Below, piece after piece: positions 57,627-64,000 of a DNA stretch of 64,000 bases. Source of the DNA: a virus; the IMG/VR virus record IMGVR_UViG_3300027365_000011, positions 19,478 through 83,477 of that record; one strand, 5' to 3'. The notes beneath the pieces were generated by a model. That model worked only from the letters and a program-made list of their open reading frames with translations. It made no database searches and was not told where the DNA came from. Made by a program: the position numbers and the translations under genes. The stretch's first letter is position 1; each line of letters opens with the position of its first letter.

Positions 57627-58692
57627 GAAGAAGCGAGGGCGGGACTACTGGCTCACGCTGCTGCGCGAACATGCCCGGTCAGGGGAAACCCTGGCCGCGT
57701 TCTGCAAGCGTCGGCGAGTCAGCTACAAGACGGCACGCAACTGGCGGTCCCGGTTCGGGGATGACGAGATCGGGGGCAATGGGGGCACTGTCCCTGTCCC
57801 TGACGAATCGGGACAGGGACACCAAGGCTTTTCGGGGGAGGGCGACTCGGGCTCTGGTGCCGATGAGCCGGGCGATGGAGAAAAAAGCGAGCCACGCACG
57901 CCACCCCTGGAGGGCGACACCCTCCCCGGGGGCGGGAAACATGCCGGCGGCAGCGACAAGCCTGCCCGCAAGCCGCACCCCGGCTGGGCCAACCTGATTC
58001 CGGCCGAGCCCGGCAACCAGCGCGCCCGCAAGCACGGCGGCTACTCCAAGTACCTGCCCCCCGAGGTGCAGGACGAGGTGAACACCTATGGGCGCAACGA
58101 CCTGCTGAGTGTCATCGAGGAGATCCGGCTGACCAAGGGCCGGCTGATTATGGTCACGCGCAGCCGCGCTGCCTGGGATGCCAAGGTCGACTATGCCGAG
58201 CTGACGGACACCGACTACCAGGTGGATGAGATCGCCGAGAAGAAGACCCCGGACGGCCGGGAGCGATCGGTGAAGCGCACCCGGCCCAAGTTCGAGGATC
58301 TGGAAGACCAGCTCACTCGCCGCCTGGCCTGGCTCCAGCAAGTGCATGACACGCTCTCGCGCCGGGTCAGCTACACCGCCGACGAAGCTGCCCGGCTGCG
58401 CTCGGACATCATGACCCGCGCCGACGACGAAGGCTGGACGGCGATCGAGACCGGCTGGGAGATCGAGAAGCTGGGGCTCGAACTGCCGTTCACCCTGCAG
58501 CAGCGCATCCGCTCCGAGCTGGCGCTCATGGAGCCGGAAGAACCCGAGGGCGGCATGACCGACGACGAACTCGAGGCGCTGTCCGTCGAGTACGAACGCA
58601 AGATGAGCGGCGAACCCCAATGGCTGGCCGAGCGCCGCTCGGAGGTGAAAGAGATCCACGAAGCCAAGGATGCCGAGAGGAAGGGAGAATGA
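57619..58692 (+). CDS. pacA: Terminase small subunit (P1 PacA-like)
   Basis: N-terminal HTH, GNQRARKHGGY, C-terminal WTAIE...WLAERRSEV as in PacA. Confidence 0.75.
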   Translation: MAEKKRGRDYWLTLLREHARSGETLAAFCKRRRVSYKTARNWRSRFGDDEIGGNGGTVPVPDESGQGHQGFSGEGDSGSGADEPGDGEKSEPRTPPLEGDTLPGGGKHAGGSDKPARKPHPGWANLIPAEPGNQRARKHGGYSKYLPPEVQDEVNTYGRNDLLSVIEEIRLTKGRLIMVTRSRAAWDAKVDYAELTDTDYQVDEIAEKKTPDGRERSVKRTRPKFEDLEDQLTRRLAWLQQVHDTLSRRVSYTADEAARLRSDIMTRADDEGWTAIETGWEIEKLGLELPFTLQQRIRSELALMEPEEPEGGMTDDELEALSVEYERKMSGEPQWLAERRSEVKEIHEAKDAERKGE

Positions 58693-58699
58693 CCATCGA

Positions 58700-58860
58700 G
58701 AAGGCCCTGACACCGGCCGCGTAGCGTGTCGAAACGGGTATATCTCAGCGAAAACGCCCCACCGGCCACCGTGGGGCGTTTTTATTATTGCCATATCAGA
58801 CCCTAACCGCTACATTGGTTTTCGCTACACCATATCGAAACGCACACAACCCACCGAGGT
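58700..58860. promoter_or_regulatory. Probable res site/promoter of the resolvase
   Basis: AT-richer region with repeated CCATATC and TCGAAACG elements directly upstream of a serine recombinase. Confidence 0.45.
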
Positions 58861-58865
58861 AGCCG

Positions 58866-59486
58866 ATGAAAACCGCTCGCATCTACATGCGCGTCTCGAC
58901 CGATCAACAGGATCTCGAGCGCCAGCGCCAGTTGATCGACCAGGCCCGCGCCGAGGGCTACTACATCGCCGGCACTTACACGGACAAGGCCAGCGGCACC
59001 CACACCAACCGCCCAGGGCTGCAACGGATGATTGACGAGATCCAGCCCGGCGACGTGGTGATTGCCGAGAAGATCGACCGCATCACCCGCGCGCCGCTGG
59101 CCGATGCCGAAGCGCTGGTGCGCGCGATCGAGGACAAGGGCGCCCGGCTGGCCGTCCCCGGAATGCTCGACCTGACCGAGATCGAGGCCGAGGGCATGGC
59201 GCGCATCGTGCTCGACACCATGCAGACGATGATTCTGCGCATCACGTTGCAGATGGCCCGCGACGACTATGAGACGCGCCGCGCCCGTCAGGCCCAGGGC
59301 ATCGCCCGCGCCAAGCGCAACGGCGTCTACAAAGGGCGACCCAAGAACCTCGAGAAACGCGAGAAGATTGCCGAGCTGCTGGAGGCCGGTTTCAGCGTGC
59401 GCCGGGTCGCCAAGCTGGCCGGCGCCAGCACCAGCACCGTGCAGAATGTGAAGAATGCCATGAAATCGGGGGAGGGCGAGGACTAG
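58866..59486 (+). CDS. Serine recombinase (resolvase)
   Basis: YMRVSTDQQ, DKASG...RPGL, DRITR, YKGRP, C-terminal HTH. Confidence 0.95.
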   Translation: MKTARIYMRVSTDQQDLERQRQLIDQARAEGYYIAGTYTDKASGTHTNRPGLQRMIDEIQPGDVVIAEKIDRITRAPLADAEALVRAIEDKGARLAVPGMLDLTEIEAEGMARIVLDTMQTMILRITLQMARDDYETRRARQAQGIARAKRNGVYKGRPKNLEKREKIAELLEAGFSVRRVAKLAGASTSTVQNVKNAMKSGEGED

Positions 59487-59517
59487 CCGGCCCTGCCCGA
59501 GTAGGGGTAGCATCCCC

Positions 59518-59574
59518 GTGGGCGGCTAGGGTAGCTCCCGAAAGGCCGGACTTCGCACCCGGCTTGCCGCCCAC
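59518..59574 (+). ncRNA. Structured RNA leader (three-way junction) upstream of rha
   Basis: GTGGGCGGC/GCCGCCCAC closing stem with GGG-TAGCT-CCC and AGGCCGG-ACTTCGCAC-CCGGCTT hairpins. Confidence 0.55.
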
Positions 59575-59608
59575 CTTCCTGCCCGTGCGAGCACTTGCGA
59601 GGTGTGAC

Positions 59609-60367
59609 ATGCAGCAAGCCTCCCTTCCCGTCGATACCATCGTCACCCTGGACGACACCGGCTGCCCGGTTACTACGTCCAAGGCGATTGCCGATGGCGT
59701 CGGCAATCCGCACAAGACGGTTATTCAGCTTGTGCGCCAGAACGTCAGTGATTTAGAGGACTTCGGAGGGGTCGCATTTGAAATGCGACCCTTTGAAACC
59801 CGGGGTGGCACCCAGCATCGAGAGGTCGCCATACTGAATGAGCCGCAGTCCACGCTGCTGATGACCTACATGCGCAACAATGCAGTGGTGCGGGAGTTCA
59901 AGAAACGGCTGGTCCGCGCGTTCTTTGAAATGGCCCGGGAGCGCCAGCAAGCCCCGGAGCCCGCTGCCCGCGCCTTTGGCTCCACCGGCGACGCCGATCT
60001 GGACCGCCGCCTGGACGTTGAGCAGGGCATCCTCGAGCGCGCCGGCATCCCGAAGGGCGAGCACATGGCCCGCCTGCTACGCGCCGCCGTGGCCCCCAGC
60101 GAGCCCCAGGCGCCAGCCGAGCCGATGGTCGACGGCCCCCCGGCGCATCGCATGGCCGCCCTGATCGGCCGCCACTTCGACTTCACGCATCCCCCGGTAG
60201 TGCGCATGACCGCCACGGAGGTGCTGCAGGCGTGCGGCATTGCCGAGCCCACGCGCGCCCAGGCCACGGCGGCAGGCGTCGCCATCGCCAGACTAAGCGG
60301 CCGGGAGCCGATGCGCGGCGGCCATGGCAACCTTCACGCGATGCCGAGGCCCTTGGCCAAGCACTGA
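59609..60367 (+). CDS. Rha-family regulator/antirepressor with C-terminal winged helix
   Basis: TTSKAIA...HKTVIQLVR...LNEPQSTLLMTYMRN...FKKRLVRAF. Confidence 0.85.
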   Translation: MQQASLPVDTIVTLDDTGCPVTTSKAIADGVGNPHKTVIQLVRQNVSDLEDFGGVAFEMRPFETRGGTQHREVAILNEPQSTLLMTYMRNNAVVREFKKRLVRAFFEMARERQQAPEPAARAFGSTGDADLDRRLDVEQGILERAGIPKGEHMARLLRAAVAPSEPQAPAEPMVDGPPAHRMAALIGRHFDFTHPPVVRMTATEVLQACGIAEPTRAQATAAGVAIARLSGREPMRGGHGNLHAMPRPLAKH

Positions 60368-60391
60368 GCCGACGACCCGAGCCCGCCGCAC

Positions 60392-60418
60392 CGAAGCCGC
60401 CCCTCGAGGCGGCTTTTT
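60392..60418 (+). terminator. Rho-independent terminator
   Basis: AAGCCGCC-cctcga-GGCGGCTT followed by a T-run. Confidence 0.75.
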
Positions 60419-60513
60419 CGTGCCCGCGGCCTGCTTCGCATAACACACATTATGTTAAATATCAACAACTTGCAGCAGCCGCCCACGGCCGGGCGGCTTT
60501 TTCTTGGGCGCAT

Positions 60514-60544
60514 TATTGCATCCTTTGAAATACGCTCCTATTAT
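60514..60544 (+). promoter_or_regulatory. Sigma70 promoter with overlapping palindrome
   Basis: TTGCAT-17-TATTAT; TATTGCATCCTTTGAAATA. Confidence 0.65.
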
Positions 60545-60578
60545 GGGAGCCATCACCAACGCACACGAGGACGCTCCG

Positions 60579-61001
60579 ATGACCACCACCAACTGCACCG
60601 CCCTCGCCGCGAGTGAAGCCGAAGCCGATCAAGGTCGCCGCGCCAAGCCAGGCGGCGAGACTGGTTTGAACGGCGAGCACTATGAGGGCGGCCAGTTCAT
60701 GCCGGCTAGCGCCTTCACCGTCAAGGGAAAGCACAACGGAGACGGCCGCAAAGCAGGCAACCGCAAGCCCGGCCGTAGCCTTGTCGAGCCCGGCAAGCGG
60801 GAGGTGGCACCCGAGGGCCAGCGCGCCATCTTCCAAACCATCATGCTCCTGGTCGATGTGGACGATGACGGCCGCTTGTCCCCCAACGGCGCAGCGCATC
60901 GTGTCAACGCCAATGATGCCTGGGAATATCACCCGATCGAGTCAATGGGGGCCCTGCAGGCGATGATCGAGGCCTACAACCGCGGAGAGAGATTCGCATG
61001 A
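60579..61001 (+). CDS. Hypothetical protein
   Basis: GAGGA RBS; RAKPGGETGLNGEHYEGGQFMP motif. Confidence 0.65.
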   Translation: MTTTNCTALAASEAEADQGRRAKPGGETGLNGEHYEGGQFMPASAFTVKGKHNGDGRKAGNRKPGRSLVEPGKREVAPEGQRAIFQTIMLLVDVDDDGRLSPNGAAHRVNANDAWEYHPIESMGALQAMIEAYNRGERFA

Positions 61002-61183
61002 CTGACACCCTAAGCCGCAAAGAGGCCGAAGCCATCGGCCAGGCCATCAACAAGCCCGTCAGCACCATCTATCGCTGGCGCAAGGACAACCCGCCGCTGT
61101 TCGCGGCGGTGCGGGAGTATGCCGGCCGCCACGCCGGCACCCCGTCCGGCGATCAAGACTCAGCGCCCCAGCGCACCGAATAA
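60998..61183 (+). CDS. Small HTH protein
   Basis: AINKPVSTIYRWRK; ATGA overlap. Confidence 0.65.
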   Translation: MTDTLSRKEAEAIGQAINKPVSTIYRWRKDNPPLFAAVREYAGRHAGTPSGDQDSAPQRTE

Positions 61184-61202
61184 CCACCCGCAACCCGAGG
61201 AC

Positions 61203-61694
61203 ATGACCATGAGCCGCCAACTGCCCTACACCGCCACCCGGCTGGGAACCGTCGAAAAGCTCGGCAAGCTGTTCACCACTCTGGTCGTCAGGCGCCATGC
61301 TGATGACCGGCTGATCGAGGTCATCGCCGCCTGGCGGCCGGAATGGGAAGGCGCCCGCGTCTTCGCCTGCCCGGTAGACGAGCCCGAGCACTCCCGGTGC
61401 ATCGGGGAAGTCACGGTCTACGGCTATATGGGCGAGTATCTGGCCCGCCGCCTGACGCCGCTGATCGAGCGCCAGCTAGTCGCGGAATACGCGAGCCACG
61501 TCAGCCGGGGGATGGGCGCGCTGGTCTGGCCGGTCATGGACCGCCACGAACTGGCCGCGTCAGGGCGTGCCCGGGGCGACGACATGGCCGAGCTGACCGC
61601 AAGCGTCAGGGCCGAGCTCAAGGATCGCGGGCTGGACTTCGGCGCCGACAACCTGGCCGCCCTTGGCGACCGCCGCTACATGGCCGCCGCCTGA
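61203..61694 (+). CDS. Hypothetical protein
   Basis: GAGGA RBS. Confidence 0.6.
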   Translation: MTMSRQLPYTATRLGTVEKLGKLFTTLVVRRHADDRLIEVIAAWRPEWEGARVFACPVDEPEHSRCIGEVTVYGYMGEYLARRLTPLIERQLVAEYASHVSRGMGALVWPVMDRHELAASGRARGDDMAELTASVRAELKDRGLDFGADNLAALGDRRYMAAA

Positions 61695-61710
61695 CCAGCG
61701 AGGTAATCCC

Positions 61711-62208
61711 ATGCCCGAAGTCATCTACAACATCGAGCGCCCGGCAACGCCGGGCACCATCGAAGTCTACGGCGAGGCCGCGGTCGATTTCGCCTGGTAC
61801 GAGTGGCGCATCATCGAGCACGGCCTGCCCATCCGTGATTCGGGCACGATGGACGGCGACGGCCTGCAATACGGCTCCCCCGGCATCGCCCTGCGTGACG
61901 CCCTGGTGCATGACACCGGCGCTGGCGCGGTCGTGCCGATCCGCTGGACGGGCGATGACGACTCGCTGACCGAGAACCTGGCGCAGCTCCATCACGCCAT
62001 CCAGACGCTGGCCGACATGGCCGACGCCCTGGAGCACGAAAGCGCCGACGCCAAGGCCATGCGCCGCTTCCTGAACCCGGACCACGCCAACGGCCGCCGC
62101 GGGATGATCTACACGGACGCCCGGACAGCCTCCACCGATCGCCTGGCCGAAGCCCTGAGAGGGATGATTCACCGCCTGGAGAGGATGACCGACGATGAGA
62201 GCCGCTGA
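61711..62208 (+). CDS. Hypothetical protein
   Basis: GAGGT RBS. Confidence 0.65.
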   Translation: MPEVIYNIERPATPGTIEVYGEAAVDFAWYEWRIIEHGLPIRDSGTMDGDGLQYGSPGIALRDALVHDTGAGAVVPIRWTGDDDSLTENLAQLHHAIQTLADMADALEHESADAKAMRRFLNPDHANGRRGMIYTDARTASTDRLAEALRGMIHRLERMTDDESR

Positions 62209-62413
62209 CATTGCCGAGGAACTGGGCGCCCCCATCGCGGGGGCTGCCGAGGAAACCCGTTACGCCCTGGCCAAGCAAGTGGGGAGCATGGCCGCCACCA
62301 TCGACACCAACTACGGCCCCCTGCGCCTGACGCCTGACGAGGCGGTCGAGCTGGAAGCCTTCACGCGGTGCCTGCTGGAGCGCCGCCTGGCCACCCTGGA
62401 GGCCCACCGATGA
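62195..62413 (+). CDS. Hypothetical protein
   Basis: Coupled. Confidence 0.55.
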   Translation: MRAADIAEELGAPIAGAAEETRYALAKQVGSMAATIDTNYGPLRLTPDEAVELEAFTRCLLERRLATLEAHR

Positions 62414-62688
62414 CCACCGTGTTGATCCACCACGACCCCGAGCGCTTCGCCCAGGAGCTGGCCGTGCTCACCAGCAAGGGCAAGGTGCTCGACTACATCG
62501 ACGTGGTGAGCCGTGACGGCCGCCCTGGCGAGCTGCTGGCCGCGGTACGCAGCTACGCCCATGACGACAACTGGTACAGCAACGGCAAGGTCTACCGGAC
62601 TTACCAGCACGCCTTTGCCGCCATTGGTGCCGCCATCGACCGCGCGAACCCGGACCATGCCCCGCTCAACGACCGCTGGGACGCCTGA
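62410..62688 (+). CDS. Hypothetical protein
   Basis: GGAGG RBS; ATGA overlap. Confidence 0.6.
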   Translation: MTTVLIHHDPERFAQELAVLTSKGKVLDYIDVVSRDGRPGELLAAVRSYAHDDNWYSNGKVYRTYQHAFAAIGAAIDRANPDHAPLNDRWDA

Positions 62689-62706
62689 CTCCCCATCCCC
62701 TTCCCG

Positions 62707-62735
62707 AGCCCGGCCATCGCGCCGGGCTTACTTTT
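62707..62735 (+). terminator. Rho-independent terminator
   Basis: AGCCCGGC-catcgc-GCCGGGCT followed by TACTTTT. Confidence 0.7.
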
Positions 62736-63053
62736 CAGGAAACCGATATACGCGCCCGGTGTTGCTTTTGGGGTAACGATTACCCATAATCAGCCCCGCT
62801 CGCCACACGGCGGGCATTCGACTATCAATCCATACAGGTTGCCGACGGTCGAAAAAACGGGCGCGGGTCGCAGCGCGTAATCTGCGGCACCAGGCCAGGG
62901 CAAGAGCTGAATGATCTCGAGCCCCGCGTAAGGTCGCCGGACGCTGTAACCGGCCGCTTTCCCATCGGGGCGCATCCGGTGGGCATCGGGAAGGGTTCGT
63001 GGTCCTGCGGGTGGTCACGGCAAAGGCAGGACAGGGCCTCGAGCCCTTCCCGA

Positions 63054-63126
63054 TGCGGCGTAGCTCAACGGTCAGAGCCTGTGCTTGAAGGCGCGATGGT
63101 TGCCGGTTCGAGTCCGGCCGCCGCAT
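63054..63126 (+). tRNA. tRNA-like gene, anticodon undetermined (GAA or TGA in an irregular loop)
   Basis: Acceptor TGCGGCG/CGCCGCA, D arm GCTC/GAGC, T arm GCCGG-TTCGAGT-CCGGC; no CCA directly after the discriminator. Confidence 0.75.
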
Positions 63127-63162
63127 TCCCCATCTCTCTCCCCACGACGCAAAGGATTCCGC

Positions 63163-63603
63163 ATGTTCGGTCTGTTCAACAAGCGCATGAAGAAAGCCCA
63201 GCAGAACCTCAAGAAAGTCGAGAACCGCGACCTCATGGAAGCGATCGTGGGCGGCTGCCTGCTGATTGCCGCGGCCGATGGCGAGATCGAGAAGGAAGAA
63301 ACCGACAAGCTCGACCAGCTCCTGCGCTCCAACCCGCGGCTCCAGGGCTTCGGCAACGAGATCAGCCAGACTATCCAGCGCTTCCGTGACCAGCTCGACG
63401 CCGGCTTCCAGGTTGGCCGCCTGCATATCCTCCGCGAGCTGCAGGACATCGCCGACGATCGCGCGCACGCCGAGGAAGTGCTGGTGAACATGATTACGAT
63501 CGCTGGCGCGGATGGCGAGTTCGAGGATGATGAAGTCGCCGTCATCAAGGAAGTCGCCGGCACCCTGGGCCTCAACGCCAGCGACTACGGCCTGCCGGCA
63601 TGA
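63163..63603 (+). CDS. tciA: TerB-family protein (P1 TciA-like)
   Basis: KVENRDLMEAIVGG..LIAAADGEIE...IAGADGEF. Confidence 0.85.
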   Translation: MFGLFNKRMKKAQQNLKKVENRDLMEAIVGGCLLIAAADGEIEKEETDKLDQLLRSNPRLQGFGNEISQTIQRFRDQLDAGFQVGRLHILRELQDIADDRAHAEEVLVNMITIAGADGEFEDDEVAVIKEVAGTLGLNASDYGLPA

Positions 63604-63755
63604 TCGACCGGCTCAAGCGTCTCAGCAGCAAGGCCCGGCGTTACACCATCGCCGGGTCCGCCCTGGGCATCATCGTCCTGCCGTCCTTCGTCCTGGACGC
63701 GGGCCTGTCGGCGATCATCCTCGCCCTGACCCTGCTCGGCAACGACGACCGCTAG
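63600..63755 (+). CDS. Small membrane protein coupled to terB (tci-like)
   Basis: MIDRLKRLSSKARRYTIAGSALGIIVLPSFVLDAGLSAIILALTLLGNDDR*. Confidence 0.55.
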   Translation: MIDRLKRLSSKARRYTIAGSALGIIVLPSFVLDAGLSAIILALTLLGNDDR

Positions 63756-63795
63756 ACTCTCCAGACCCTGTGTAGTGCCTTCAACTCCAGCTTTT

Positions 63796-63820
63796 GCCCG
63801 GCCTTGTGCCGGGCTTTTTT
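63796..63820 (+). terminator. Rho-independent terminator
   Basis: GCCCGGC-cttgt-GCCGGGC followed by TTTTTT. Confidence 0.8.
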
Positions 63821-63887
63821 CCTCTCAGGTAAGCTGATTACCTATAAGGTACAATGGCCCCGTATTCTTCCCTCATGGAGCCGCCTG

Positions 63888-64000
63888 ATGGCACGCCACT
63901 ACCGCACCGGACACGAGCTGCGCGCCCGGCTGGAAGGCCAGGGCCTGGCCCCCCTGGGCGACGACCTGCGCTTCCTGCTGTGCTGCCTCGAGCGCATCCC
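63888..64000 (+). CDS. Hypothetical protein, 5' part (runs off the window)
   Basis: GGAG RBS, ATG 63888; operator boxes and TACAAT upstream. Confidence 0.5.
   Translation, partial: MARHYRTGHELRARLEGQGLAPLGDDLRFLLCCLERI

Noticed and set aside
58866-59486. Cin-like tail-fibre invertase or prophage integrase
   Set aside because: It is far from the fibre gene, no inverted crossover sites were seen, and it is too short for a large serine integrase.
62903-62925. Hammerhead ribozyme core near GCTGAATGA
   Set aside because: It does not match CUGANGA spacing and has no properly placed GAAA and stems.
63163-63603. Tellurite-resistance island
   Set aside because: A single TerB-family gene in P1 tci-like context; no ter operon is present.

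Overview
The whole window is part of a high-GC, P1-like (Punavirus-related) myophage or phage-plasmid, probably from a Gammaproteobacterium; Halomonadaceae is a guess. All family assignments come from recognised motifs and recalled P1 proteins, not from database searches. 1-13 kb holds a P1-syntenic head/tail/baseplate operon: gp23 end, gp22 sheath, gp21, pmgG, bplB, pmgC, tub, pmgB, sit, pmgA, bplA, gp16, R and a very short S. 13-32.7 kb holds the virion-borne antirestriction module (hdf, darA, ddrA, ddrB fused to a pyrophosphatase domain, darB with a class 3 intein, ulx), portal and protease. An accessory island within it encodes an AcrVA2/FinQ-family protein. The rest replaces P1's own maintenance modules. 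It carries a StbA/StbB-like pair with an 11-bp repeat array, RecE/Sak4/SSB recombination genes, a CI-like repressor lacking its catalytic dyad and two Cro paralogs. It also carries an intein-containing SF2 helicase, VRR-NUC, a TOPRIM-VapE primase-helicase with a candidate iteron origin at about 54.8-55.1 kb, a lysis cassette, pacA, a serine resolvase, Rha, a tRNA-like gene and terB/tciA. The main leads are a genome-wide 15-bp operator network, a winged-helix domain shared by the replicase and Rha, a candidate +1 frameshift in pmgB, a C4-like RNA leader on rha and a tRNA with a non-canonical anticodon arm.
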